Positions 46,378 through 60,134 of a stretch of DNA of 64,000 nucleotides are shown piece after piece (within the stretch, counting starts at the first letter, position 1; each line of letters starts with the position of its first letter). Origin of the DNA: Eledone cirrhosa. Its lineage: Eukaryota. Under the pieces are notes generated by a model, which saw nothing but the letters and a program-made list of their open reading frames with translations, was not told the DNA's origin and searched no databases. Location of the stretch: NCBI GenBank assembly GCA_964016885.1, contig OZ024740.1, positions 316,634,001 through 316,698,000 on the forward strand, written 5' to 3'. Position numbers and translations under genes: made by a program.

Positions 46378-46985
46378 AGGTAGTGAGGGTGAGAGGTCTT
46401 GAGGGTGGGAGGTCTTGAGGGTGGGAGGTCTTGAGAGTGGGAGGTCTTGAGAGTGGGAGGTCTTGAGAGTGGGAGGTAGTGAGAGGTAGTGAGGGTGAGA
46501 GGTAGTGAGGGTGAGAGGTAGTGAGGGCAGGGTGTAGTGGGGATGGGAGGTGATGAGGGTGGGATGCAGTGAGGGGGTGTAGTGTGGGTGGGAGGCAGTG
46601 AGGGGGTGTAGTGGGGGTGGGAGGTAGTGAGGGGGGTAGTGATTGGGGGAGTGTAGTGAGAGTGGGAGGTAATGGAAGGGTGGGAGGTGTAGGGGGGAGA
46701 GGTAGAGAGAGAGGGTGAGATGTAGAGAGGGAGAGGATGAGATGTAGAGAGGGAGAGGATGAGAGGGAGAGGATGAGAGGGAGAGTGAGAGACAGAGAGG
46801 GAGAGAGGGAGAGTGAGAGACAGAGAGGGAGAGAGACAGAGATGGTGAGAGGGAGAGGATGATAGGGTGAGAGTGATAGGGTGAGATGAAGAGAGAGAGT
46901 GAGAGACGGAGAGAGTGAGAGACGGTGAGAGTGAGAGACAGAGAGGGTGAGAGTGATAGGGAGAGAGGTAAAGAGAGAGAAAGAT
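46378..46985. repeat. Purine-rich low-complexity tract (GAGGTAGTGAGGGT, GAGGTCTTGAGAGTGG, (GA)n)
   Basis: Directly visible. Confidence 0.9.
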
Positions 46986-47261
46986 ATAGAAAACACTATA
47001 TATTTTAGACTTCCATTTAACATGGAGGACATTAGGTAAAACTAACAAACCAAATTATAGAAAACAAAGGGAGGAAATTAAGTTATCACGAGATAGTATG
47101 TGTATTGGTGTACATGAGAGTGTGTGTGTACTTGTGTGTATCTATCTATGTATACTTGTATATATCTATCTATGTGTATTCGTGTATATCTATCTATGTG
47201 TATATGTGTGTGTATCTATCTATGTGTACTTGTGTGTATCTATCTATGTGTATATGTAATA

Positions 47262-47645
47262 ATGTAATAATGAAAATATTGTGTACAGTGCTCAGGTGCA
47301 CTACAACTCATCAAAAAGTGTATGTATAGTACATAGGATAATATACAAACGTCACGAAAATGAACAGTGCATGAGTCATGATATACACATGTGTGCATGT
47401 GTATGGAAGGGGTACATCAGGTGTAGTTTTGGCGAATTTCGGGAAGCATGAGTGTTTTAAAGGATGCAGTGTCTCAGCAGCTAACAACTGACGCAGGCAG
47501 TTTGTTCCATGCTTCAGCAACTCTAAGCTTGAAAAAATGTTTCCGAAAGTCATGGGAGCTGTGCTGTTTTCTGATCTTGTAGGCATGTCCACGTGTGTTA
47601 GACACATGGAGATCAAAAAGGTGCTCAGGGTTGTTGTTGGCGAGG
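47262..47645 (-). mobile_element. CR1 3' fragment; further copies at 49058-49421 (+), 52171-52396 (-), 60763-60919 (+)
   Basis: Same 3' UTR and tail as 25775-26470; peptide SNTRGHAHKVRKQHSSHDFRKHFFTLRVAEAWNKLP at 49.1-49.2 kb. Confidence 0.88.
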
Positions 47646-48007
47646 TGTACATCTATCTATGTGTATTTGTGTACATCTATCTATGTGTATTTGTGTGTAT
47701 CTGTATGTGCACCAGACTGTGTGTGTGTGAGGTGGAGTTTGCAAGGATGTGTGTATATGTGTATGTGTGTGCATGTGCAATTGTATCTGTGTGTGTACCA
47801 GACTGTAAGTGTGAGGTGAACTATACAAGTGTGTATGTGTATATGTATCTATCTGTGCACCAGACTGTGTGATTGTGAAGTGGACTATACAAGGGTGTGT
47901 GTGTGTGTGTACATGTATCTATGTGTGTGTGTGTATGTATGTGTACATGTACAATTGTATCTATATGTAAGTAAGCGTGAGGTGGTGTATACAAGGAGGT
48001 GTATGTA

Positions 48008-48067
<60 letters not shown>

Positions 48068-48144
48068 TACAATAATATTGAAACATAACAATATAAACCA
48101 ATAGTATATTTTATTGTATGCCTCTGTGTGTGTGTGTGTGTGTG

Positions 48145-48179
<35 letters not shown>

Positions 48180-48528
48180 ATGTGTGTGTGTGTACATGTG
48201 TGTGAATGCTTACGTGTAAATACTTAAGCACATACAAACAACAATGCACTTAATGCCTTTGGAGTTGAAATGGTACTCAGCTACTAATCCTTGTGTCCCC
48301 TTTTTTTTCTTGCATGTTCTTTAGGTGTGCATAGATGGGGGTAGGGGGGTAGGTAGTGGTAGGGGGTAGGTGTGGGGAGACACCTTTAAAATAAGATATA
48401 CCTACAATCTAAAATATATATTAGATTGTATGTATTACAACAAACAAAATCAGAGTACTCAATACATAATGTAGAGATAAATATTTATATTCTACTTTTT
48501 TAGAGTTTATATATCACAATTTAAAGTT

Positions 48529-48892
48529 TGCATTTGTGAGTTTTATATTTAATAATAGTGATTTCTAGTATAGGCACAATGCCAGTAATTTGGGGGGAGG
48601 GGAAAGTCGATTAAATCAACTCCAGTACATTACCGGTACTTTATTTTATCAACCCTGTAAGGATGAAAGGCAAAGTTAACCTCGGCGGGATTTGAACTCA
48701 TTTGCAAGCAAACAGCTTCATAACGTTGTTTTAGATGAATATCGCCATCCTCTCGTTCGAGTGGTGACAATGATTGTTTCTCTCTGTCACCACTAGAACA
48801 AAAAGATGACAATAGTCATCTAAAAAACATAGCATAATGAGGCTGTTTGCTTGCAAACGAATCAAATATTTGATACAAAACTCACAAATGCA
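48529..48892. mobile_element. Palindromic MITE-like element interrupted by an S2-like SINE (48553-48699, -)
   Basis: Nested inverted pairs TGCATTTGTGAGTTTT/AAAACTCACAAATGCA, TTTGCAAGCAAACAGC/GCTGTTTGCTTGCAAA, GTGGTGACA/TGTCACCAC. Confidence 0.7.
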
Positions 48893-51289
48893 TTTACGTA
48901 TACACCATGTTAGAGTGAAAATTAATTTTGTTTTTAATTTAGTTTCATTTTTTTTAAATTCTTTGTAGAATCATCAGATGATAAAGCAGAACTGCTCAAT
49001 GTGTTTAACTGTAATGACTGATGAAATTGTTTTGCAGGTTCTTGTATTCAATGATAGGTTACCACAAAATTGTTAACCATGTTGCCAACAACAACCCTGA
49101 GTACCTTTTTGATTTCCATGTGTCTAACACACGTGGACATGCCCACAAAGTAAGAAAACAGCACAGTTCCCATGACTTTCGGAAACATTTTTTCACGCTC
49201 AGAGTTGCTGAAGCATGGAACAAACTACCTGCATCAGTTGTTAGCTGTCGAGACACTGCATCCTTAGGCCTCCATGCTTCCCGAGATCCGCCAACACTAC
49301 AGCTAACACATACACACATGTACTTCCCTGACATTTGTGTATTATTCTATGTACTATACATACACCGTTGACGAGTTGTAGTGCACCTGAGCACTTTACA
49401 CAATAATTTCATTATTATTATAACTCAATGTTGCTTGTTAGGGATGAGTTATTTCCTCCTTTGGTTTGGCTTGAAATGATAAGGTTGATGAATTTTATAA
49501 TTAGGACTAGTTTGGGAGGGATTTGAAATAAACAGCTAAAAGGAAAATGATAAATGAAGTGAAGCCTTGCAAGCGTCAATAAGTGCATTGTTATATGATA
49601 TAGTAAGTTGACAGCAAAGATTGGTGGAATAAATGATAGAGACTCCGAGTTGGTTAAAAATATTTGACAATGCTACACACTACTATAATAAAACAGTAAA
49701 GAGATAGGATTCAGAGACAAGATCATATATATCTTACATCCAATAGTATTAAAAGATACCATAATATTATCTAATTCACATCCCTTTAAATGCTAATTGT
49801 AAACATTAATTACCATTCCAGAGAAATAACCTAAAACCAAGTTACAGCTGCACCATGAATATAAAAGAATTAATGAGAAAATAAGCAAAATTAACTGAGG
49901 TCAACAGCAAAGGCAGAACTAGCAAGTGGTTCTGCACTGAAATAGTTATCTATAAAGCAGAAACTTCTTCCACCAAACCAAACTAAACCTAAATACCCTG
50001 TATAAACATGATGTAGATATAATAGAAGTTAAATTCAAACAAACATATTTCAACGTTATTTCTTTAGAAACAGAAAAGGGGAATGCAAAAAAACTATTCA
50101 ATTGTGTCTAGGCTTTGAAACAATGTGCTACTGCATTCATGGAAGATCTTGAAAATGTAAACCATACAACATGTAAACCATACAAGAATAGTCCAAAATC
50201 CTGTGGGTTGTTCACAACTTAAAAAGAACCTCATACTCAAGAACAACAACAAAAAAAAACAAGGACTATCTAAATATCAGATCATAAATTTTCAACAAGT
50301 GTCACCACTTTGATAAATATTTGTTGGAACACAGGAAGATTATACCACCCATAGATTAAATAGATTAATATTTAGTTATTTACCAGGAACAATTGCATAA
50401 CATTTTCTAAGATCTTATAAAATGGGAATACTAATTTCATTTTCAATTATGTTTGCATGTCTTATGTAACAAACAATTGCTATCATATTCACTTAAAATT
50501 TATCGATCTTGCTCATTTGTTAACTGAACTGTGGCTAAACAAGCCACTAGAAGAGCCTCTATGGTTACTTGACTGCATGAAATATCATCCCAAATCTCCA
50601 TCAAATCACATCTTAAAATGGAAACATACATTGGTAAAAGTAGCCTCTAGTACACTATGCCTAGATTATAGTGTGATCAAGGCTGACTTAGACAACAGTA
50701 ACTGTGACTAAAGTTTGAGACTTCGTAGAATCATCAAAAGACATGAGAAATAATATTCACAGAATGAAAAACATTTGAAATATTTCTTTCACAATCTATA
50801 AAAAACAACTTGGTCAAAGTTTAAAATTACGTTAGTTGTATAAATCTCTTTAAATTTAAAATCTTCTTTTAAAGTTACCAAAGTTGAATAGTTTTATTTT
50901 ATAGACTGTCAACAAAACAGATTACACAGGTAAAAAGAACAAAAAAAAACATTTTATTTTCTATCACCTTTACGACTTGCTGTTATTGAAGACAACTTTA
51001 TATATAGTTTTAAATAAATATAAATAGTTTATTATCAAATAATGTTTGATCTTGTATGCTTTCATTTTATTAATAAATTAATACAGATGTAAAATAAAAT
51101 GAAAAATATTTTATATATATGTGTGTGTTTGTGTGTGTGTGATTCCCAGGTTCAATCGGGGGTAACCACAAGTAAGGTACTCAATACATTAGTAGAGTGT
51201 AAACATCGTGTTTAATATAGAAATAACGTCTACAGTTCTAGTCCTGTAAAAGCCATTTCTATATTAAACATAATGTGTGTGTGTGTGTG

Positions 51290-51485
51290 TGTAATTGGAC
51301 AGGTCCTTCTCAGCATGGTATCTCTCCACACAATGCGAGCCTTTGCCATTGCCTCTGAGAACCACAGTGATTTGAGGACACAGAGTACCCAATACTGAAG
51401 TAGAGTTTTAATATTCATTTTATTAAGGCTTATTAGCGAGTCTTGTTACTCTGAAGTTTCACCTGTTTATCACAGGTTCAGCAGA
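51290..51485 (-). mobile_element. Putative PLE pLTR remnant with truncated hammerhead
   Basis: Minus strand: CTGCTGA-ACCTGT-gataa-ACAGGT-GAAAC-ttcaga-GTA, then AATAAA, then GTATTGGGTACT. Starts at a (TA)n tract. Confidence 0.6.
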
Positions 51486-51486
51486 T

Positions 51487-51557
<71 letters not shown>

Positions 51558-54267
51558 CCTGACTTACTTTAAAAAGAAAGAAATTGCACAGGTTTGTCAA
51601 ATCAGAAGAGACAGAAAGATATATCCGGCCATTGTTTTCATGACCACTTTTACTGTGAGCCAGTGCAGAACTCTGCACTCCTGTTTTTCTCTAGCTGTAT
51701 ATTATGACAGTAGCTTTCTATAAATGATTCATTACTTCCATACACAAACCTAACAAGTTATTCATGAAATAAGCTTCTGAATGTTATGTTTAGAATTTGT
51801 CGAACCCAAAATAAGGAATGGAAAAGTATGAAGCTTATTACATCAATTGTTTTCTTGCAATAGAAAACGATTGCTAGTACGAAATAATATATATAACCTG
51901 TGGGTAGAATAACCTTAGTACACTTATGAAATGTGACTATAAATTCTGTGTATTACATCTGTGGGTTAATATAAACAAATTCATATTAACCTCTATAACA
52001 ATCCCCACCATTTACTCAACTTTTCACAATCATCCACATGCTAAAAATAGATTTAGATTTTTTTAATCTGAACAAATGTATGAAACTTGTAGAATGTAGA
52101 AAGCTTGCCAAATAAGGGGTTAGGAGGAACCTTCAATTTGTGTCAAAAGACATGACAACTTCTCAAAAGTATTGTGTACAGTGCTCAGGAGTACTACAAC
52201 TCATCAAAGGTGCATATAGTACATAGAATAATGTACAAATGTCAGGAAAGTGGACACTGTATGAGTCATGATATACGCACAGACACACACACATGCATGC
52301 ATATGTATGGAGGGGGAATATCAGGTGTAGTATTGGCGAATTTCAGGAAGCATGGAAGTTTTGAAGGATGCAGTGTTCCGACAGCTAACAACTGATTCCT
52401 ACTTAATTTTTTTCCAGATTTTAAGTGCATAGGGGTTCAAAAGGGCATAATTTGGCCTTACAAGAAACAAAAGGGACTGAAATGAGTAAAACTAGCTGTC
52501 AAGTTAAGCCTGTCCTGAGAAGAGCAACCACCAATAAGACTATCCGAGTCAGAAGTTGTTTACTGTAGAGAAAAGGTGTATTAAATAGCATAACCATAAA
52601 TGGGGGAGGTAGCAGTCATATGACTGCATTTTGTCAGTCATGCAGAGATGTTTTAAGAGGTGTCTGGGATGTTCCATTATGTAGTGAGAATGGATGTTGG
52701 GAGACAGAGGATGGCACTCATGTGGGTATGTGATAAATATGACAATTGAATAAGGAGGATTACATGTTCAATCTTGAACAAAATATGTGTCCAGAAAATA
52801 TTTATATTTGACACCATATTGTTCAGAGAACCAGAAAGATTTGAATTCAGACTTAAAGGTGTCTAGCTAAATAGTTCAAGATATTTAATCCTCTCTGATT
52901 TCTGCTATTCCAAGCCATATATAATGGTTTCTGATTTAGGCACAAGGCCAACACTTTTGGGGGAGTGGATTTGAAATCAAAACATGAAGGGTCATAACTA
53001 TATGCTGCGAAGCATGGTGTCTGATGCTCTACCAATACTGCCAATCCATCGCTGAGGTTAGCTTTGCCTTTCATCCTTACAGGGTTAATAAAACAAAGTA
53101 TCAGTAACATACTGGGATCGATTTAATTGATTCCACCACCCCACAAAAAAAATTGTTGGCCTTGTGGCAAAAGTAGAAACAATTATTAGCTCATGTTTAT
53201 TTTTATCGCCAATACGAGACTAAGAAAGACATTGGAAACATGATCATACTAACATATTTAGAGTCAATAGAAAATTAGTATAGTAAAAATCAAAACGCAA
53301 GTATATTAAAACAAATTATTGCAAGGGCTTAAACCACAAAAGTCCCTTAACACAGGAAGGCTTGATATTGGAAAGATAAAAAGCAAACTTGATGTTGGTG
53401 AGATATGAACTTAGAAGATGAAAGCCATAATTAAATGGCACCAAACAATTTGTCTGGTGTTCAAATGATTTTGTCAGTCTATGGCATTTTCTCCAGTGTT
53501 CCACAATTTCAGCCATTTTCATGACCTTTTAATAGATATGATTTCCAACTTTGGTCACTAAATTTTTGTGGGGTGGAAAGAACAATTGATTCAATCAATG
53601 CTAGTACTCAACTAGTATTTATTTTATTGACCCTGGAGAGGGAAATAGAAGGCAAAGTCAACCCAGCAGAATTTGAAACAAAAATCTAAAGTAATTTAAC
53701 TAACTACAGTTTCCTATATACAGAGAACTCCTGCCTTTTTTTAACTCTTTCATGGCCACATTTCTACTGAAATACTCTATTTCAAGTAATTCATGAGGAA
53801 TTTTGATGGATTTACTAAAATCATTATTTCTTTACTAAAATAGTAACTTAATGTAAATTCTTATATAAAATTGAGTTGGAAGATTTTAATTTAATTTTTA
53901 ACATCTTGAAATAATTTAGTAGAAAATATTTAAAAATAGATTTATCGATTCAATTGTTTATTGTATCTTTATTTTCTAGTGTACATTGTGAACATTTGTA
54001 GTATTAACCCTTTCATGACCACATTTCTAATGAAATACACACTTTAATTAATTAATGAAGAATTTTGAGAGATTTACTAAAATTATTAATTATTTCATTA
54101 CTAAGATAGTAAATTAATGTAAGGTTCTTATGTAAAATTGTGTTGGAAGATTTTAATTCAAATTGGAAACGTTTAAAATGGGTGATTTTATTTCATAGAA
54201 CCAGAGTCAGTTTTGCCAGGTTGGTAACTAAAGGGTTAAAGTAAAGACTTAGATTTTTAATGTGCTA

Positions 54268-54454
54268 TAATAATTGTTTCTACTTTTGGCACCAGGCCAG
54301 CAATTATCCCAGTGCATTACTGGTACTTTATGTTATCGACCCCGTAAGGATGAAAGGCAAAGTTAACCTCGGCAGGATTTGAACTCAGAATGGCAAGGGC
54401 CGTAACTCTATGCTGTAAAGCATGGCGTCCGGCCCTCTACCGATACAGCCAATC
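54268..54454 (-). mobile_element. Near full-length SINE S2 inserted in the composite MITE block
   Basis: Colinear with 41601-41793; absent from the 34-kb copy of the block. Confidence 0.88.
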
Positions 54455-56409
54455 TACTTTTCAAGAATGTCTTGCAAGTGTGGTTTCATGTAGTTTAGGA
54501 TGTATTGAGTTAAATAGGTACCCTTTAAAATGGGTGGTTTTATTTCATAGAACCAGAGCTGGTTTTGGTCAGATTGGTAAATAAAGGGTTAAAGATGGTA
54601 AGATACGATTTGGCTGCTATTTCTAGCAGGATGGATGTTGTCATAGAGGTCCCTTCCATCTGTCAAATATTACTTATTGAAAAGGTACCGCCCACCGGCA
54701 CCACCGCCACTAGTGTGCCACAAGCTAATTCTGCCTTTATAGCTGACCCAGTTCAAGGTAGATAATTTTAGTTCTCTTGTAAACAAGACTTGTGTTTAGC
54801 TTTCCACAGTTAAATTGTTTGTCTACTAAATAAACAATATATTATTTTATAACCTCCTAAACATGCTATTTCTTCTCAGCTGGTTTATTCATCACAGAAA
54901 TAACCAAACACACATACAGACATGCACACACAAACACATACACAAACACAGATAAACCCACACACACATACACAGGCACACAGACACACACATAGACAGA
55001 CACAGACACACACACATAAGCAAGAGCACACACATACTATCAGTAACAAAATATTAAATAAATAAATAAATATACCAGAACAAAACAAAGGTAGAGGGGT
55101 GGGGGTGTTCAAAGGTCGAACTGTGCTGGAGATGAAAATATTCCTGTAATATGATACAACAATACTATATTATAAAGTTGAGAAATTAAAAAGATATTAG
55201 TTTTTAAATATTGGTGGCAAATTGGCAGAGGCATTAGATCATGGTGTAGAGCTGGCATGGGCAGCCTTTTTTTTTTAGCTGTGGGCCACATAGTTTGAAT
55301 TCCATATGTCTAACACCCATGGACTTCTCTTCTACACCCACTTATTCCTTAGAGGATCGTGGTGGCAGAGGTCCTGTCAGAAACAACCGTCTCTAATTGA
55401 TCTGGCTGAATCCCCAAGCGAGACCAGCCAAGCTTATGGATGTTAACCAACCATCTTGCTTGGGATCTACCCCTGGCATCATCTCAGTGGTCTGGGTAAA
55501 TAGCCGCCTATCAGAACTGTTTGGCATCAGCTCAATGGTTTGGATAAATAGCTACATGTATCAGCCATTGCCTTTCCCTTGGACAACATCAAGTATTTTT
55601 CTAGAAGTGGATAACAGGGAATGCAGACAAAAGACATCATGTATTTTCTGTTTTAGGTTTATAAGTAGTGTGATGGTTGATTGTAGTGGTTTAAAACTAT
55701 ATTGAGTTGAAGAGTGGGATTTGGGGTTAGCAATATTAAGGATTGGCTTTCTACAATTTCTTAAAGTGATAATTGATAACTGGTCCAAGGGAAATTGGCA
55801 AATTGTTTTCCATGTGACTGTGGTAGGTAAGTGTAGGAGGAAGAGGTCAGTAGTTGGGTTGGTGTGCTATGTATATGTGTGTTGGGGGGTGGGGGTGGCT
55901 GCATGTGAGTGGGGGGGGTGGGGGCGCATGAATGTGTGTGTATGTGTGTGCTGCTGTGTGCATGTGTGCTGGTGGGGGTTGTTTGGAGATGTACAAGGAG
56001 TTAGGTTGCGATGTTGCACCAGCTCTCTTGTTACTTGTACTCTGAAAACCAAGAAGGGGTTGTGCATATTTAAGTCTTCTTCAATGATAGTGTTTTTGAG
56101 AGGGTTAGAGTATAATAATAGAAGTGTAACCTGGTGAGGTCAGCAGTGGTCATCACAATCATTTAACATCTGTTTTCCCTGCTAGCAAGGGTTGGATGGG
56201 TTTTCAGATACAAAGTCAATATTTATTTAGTTATACTGATGTCTCAGATGGGGCAGGGGACCACATCTTGCTCACTGTATCTGTTTCAGCACTCTACTGA
56301 GGGAGGTTGTCATGTCTTTGACACAGCTGAAGAGTTCTCCTGTGAATTTGGTTGGCAGATTCTTCTACAGCTGGATGACTTTTCATTGTAAAAGTATCTG
56401 TCTAGTGTG

Positions 56410-56700
56410 ATCATCATCATCATCATTATGTTTAACATCCATTTTCCATGCTTGTAAGGGTTAGATGAGCTATCATGTTATGAGATAAGTCAGGTCCAGA
56501 ACAAAGTCTTACTCAAAGAGATCAGTATTTTGGCTTGGTTTCTACGGCTGGATGCCCTTCCTAACACTAACCACGCTACAGTGTGGACTGAGTGCTTTTT
56601 ATTATGGCACCATACAGTTTGGACTAGGTGCTTTATTTTCATGTCACCATCATGATCACTTTACAGGGTGGTCTAGATGAATTTTTTGTTGTGGCACCAG
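56410..56700 (-). mobile_element. Non-autonomous RTE-tail element; relatives at 4055-4213, 33195-33350, 36490-36625, 40440-40615, 57465-57860, 58300-58730, 59955-60085
   Basis: (CAT)n, then TTTTCCATGCT..CATGGGTT-type tail, then CTGGATGCCCTTCCTAAC motif. Confidence 0.75.
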
Positions 56701-57045
56701 ATCAACATACAAGGTGGACTTTATGATATTTATAAAATTTGAAATGGTGGGTCATACTGACAAAGTTGAGTTTTATGTGTGAAATATATTTTTTTTAAAG
56801 TATTTTATATAGGTTCGTGATACTGTCAAGGGAGATAATAACATACCATGTTTTTATCATTGCTGTTAGTGTCAGTGTTATTTAGCCTGTAGAGTTGTGT
56901 AACTTTCTCAATTATTTGTCAATCATATTGTTTGATGGAGTTTATGTGAGTATTCTGAAGACTTTGTCAAACACTTACCTTTCTAGAGGTTTTTAGAGCC
57001 TCCTTTGTGCAGATGATGGTGGTGGTGATGTTTCTTTTTCTGGCA

Positions 57046-57198
57046 TATCATCATCATCATACTGATGTATCTCTCATTCCATCTCTTGCTTACTGAGATA
57101 TCACTAACGACTAACCTATGCTGTGGGGTACATTCTTCCCCAGGGTATGCCTTGGTATTTGACACCATCTGCCTGTCCCGCTGCCTAATTAGTAAGAA
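57046..57198 (-). mobile_element. Internal EN-region fragment of RTE family B joined to an (ATG)n tract
   Basis: Matches 7991-8117; peptide SNTKAYPGEECTPQHRLVVSDISVSKRWNE. Confidence 0.85.
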
Positions 57199-60088
57199 TA
57201 CTATATTGAATATTAGTATATCCTATATATTTAACCCTTTTAGAAGAGGGTAGCATAATATTTGAAGAAAATAAGGCTGAAATCTGTTGCAAGTTAAATA
57301 ACTACACAGAGATCTCCTTGCTAGCTCAATAGCGTTGTATTAGTGTTCAGCAAGTGTTGCAATGCTTGAGTGAGATTTTGCATCCAGTGGCAGAGACTAT
57401 GAGGCCTGGAGCTTGCTGCAACAATGATTTGTGTGCCACTCATATCCAGATGAGCTTATGTCATCACCATCACTCTCACCATCTTTCATCTCTTTCCATG
57501 CTTGCATGGGTTAAATGGATCACCATGTTCAGAGGCTAGACAGGTCAGAATATTACATCATACTCATACGTTTCATTCTGGCAGGGTTTCTACAGCTGGA
57601 TTCCCCTTCCTAATGCCAACCACTTCACAGTCTGTATTGGGTGGATTTTAGCATGGCACTGCTACTATCACCTGACAGAGTAGACTGTGTGCATTCTGTT
57701 GTGGTCATCAGCACTGCCACTTTATGGTATGAACTGAGTACATTTTGTCATGTCTCCAGCACTACCACTTTACAGAGTGTACTGTATGCATTTTGCTGTG
57801 ATACTAGCACTATCACTTTACAGTATGGGCTGGGTGCATTTTGTTGTGGCACCAGCTAAGTAATTTTGTTTTGATGTATAAGGAGTCCAGGATTGGTACA
57901 TCATATAATTATATTGAAAAGTTTTAATTTAAATCTAAAAAAAGTCTAAAGTCTATCTTGAACCCAGAGGCTAACCAGGCCGGAGCTTATCTCAGTTTTC
58001 ATGGTGTTAAACAACTGAGAAAACAAAACTTTCCCATGGACAAGACGCTAGTCCATTGCAGGGTTAACCCCCAGCTATTTCTGGTACTCATTTTCAGCTG
58101 AGTGTACTGGAGCAATGTGACAAGAAGCGGTTTACTCAAGAACACAACACACAAACCAATCCAGGAATTGAACACACAACATTATGATCTTAAGTCCAAC
58201 ACCCTTACCATTAGGCCATGCAACTCCACCTTAATTTAAATAGGAACCCTTTAAAATAGGTGGTTATGTTTCAAAGGAACAGGCAGTTATTGGTGAATTT
58301 GTATCATCATCATCATTGTATAATATCCATTTTCCACTCTAACATGGGAAGGATGGGCTGTCCCATTGTGAGATCATTTACTCACATTGAACTGATTTGG
58401 GCTTGGTTTCTATGCTTAGATGCCCTTCTTAACGCCAACCACATTTACCGTGTGAGCTGGGTGCTTTTTGTCATGACACCTACACAACCACTTTATAGTG
58501 TGGACTGGGCACTTTTGTCGTGACTCCAGAGTGACCATTTTAAGGGGTGGGGGTGGAGGTGGGGGTAGGTAAGGTGCCTGGGGAATTGGGGATTAGGTAT
58601 AGGGGTGGGATGATTACATCAAAGGAGGTGTATGGGAAGAGTGATGGGAGGGAAGATGGTGCCTCAGCCCGTGTATATGGGAAGGTGGGTCTTCTGTATT
58701 ACTGTAGGACACCAGAGATCATGGTCCTGTCACTTAAATTGTTTGTGTTATGCTGTTAACAGTGTTTACTTTTTAGAGTGAAGAACTGGGTTTGTTTTTA
58801 CATTATATTTCATGTAAATCTATGGCATTAAGGAGGAGGATAATAGTAGTAGTACTTAGTTATATCACAGATATTGTTGTTGTTATTCTTATGGTTTGTG
58901 AAATGTGATGCATTTATCATAAATAATATTTTTTGGCTGTTTCTGTGATTATTATATCAACATATTTAGAAGTATTGAAAGTCTATATTATGATGATCAA
59001 TGGGTGTAGAAGTGTCAGGGAACTCCAGTGGAAGGAAGCCACAATAGAGGTAGACCAAGAAAGACCTGGGCAGAGGTGGTGAGAGCTGATCTCAAATCAG
59101 TGAAACTCACAGAGGAGATGATGAAGAAATGCAGTGAGTGGAGAGATGCTGTGATGAGAAGGACCCATCCAACCCATGCAAGTGTGGAAAAACGGACATA
59201 AAAACGATGATGATGAAGATTACTTTCAACACCACACTGCACCTTCAGCATCACCATCAACAGAAACTATGATTTTGATTTAAAGATAGTCATATATACT
59301 GATTAATATACAAGGTTGAAAAAACGAGTTTGTGTTGGTGCTAGGAATGAAGGTGTACCATAGGTACACCAATTTGAAATGTTTGTTTGGGTTTGAAATA
59401 TTTTTTTGTGACCCCAATCCTGTTTCTTTTTTGACACACCTCCTATATATAATGTTTTATTGGCTGAGATTTACATGAGTGACTCTTGGCCTCCGGGTCA
59501 CTCATGTAGCACCCTCAGCTATACTTTGTTTTATGTGTAGTGTTCTCTTTCCCCTACTTGTATATCATCATCATCATTGGGTTTATGCCTGTGAGAACAT
59601 GTGATGCACATAGATGATGATTGCTGGGTAGAGGGAGATCAAGAAAGACCAGAGCAGAGGTGGCAAGAGCTAATCGCAAATCACTGTGATGCACAGAAGA
59701 GATGACAAAGGAATGTAGCAAGTGGAGAGATGTTGTGCTGAGCCATCCAACCCATGCAAACATGGAAAAATAGAGGTAAAAACAATGATGATGATCTCAT
59801 ATATATATATTATTTGAACAGATTAAAACTTTTAGTCTATTCAAATAATTAATATTCACTCTATGGTCTTAAATATATTATTGCTTATACATAGAAATAC
59901 TACTTTTACAGAGACCTCTCTGGATTTTGGTCTTTGTATTACTACTATTATATATATATCATCATCATCATCGTTTAATGTCCATTTTCCATGCTAGCAT
60001 GTGTTAGACATGTTGTCATGCTTGAGGCAAGTCAGGACTGGTGACCTTGTCTTGCTCATACAGAACTGTTTCTGGCTTGGCTTCTATG

Positions 60089-60134
<46 letters not shown>

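Noticed and set aside
46050-47048. 332-aa and 242-aa Pro/Ser/Leu-rich ORFs
   Set aside because: Reverse translation of a purine-rich low-complexity tract.
49800-50340. A-rich stretch faintly like a decayed integrase
   Set aside because: Multiple stops and no convincing DDE motif by eye; BLASTX would be required.
51563-51690. Possible host exons near splice-like sites (GTAAGT on - at ~51570; also 42591, 48980, 52420)
   Set aside because: No recognisable protein or consistent exon chain; RNA-seq would be needed.
59363-59508. Small hairpins GGTGTACC-ata-GGTACACC and TACATGAGTGAC...GTCACTCATGTA
   Set aside because: Short, with no associated motif or hammerhead core; cannot be assigned to the class.
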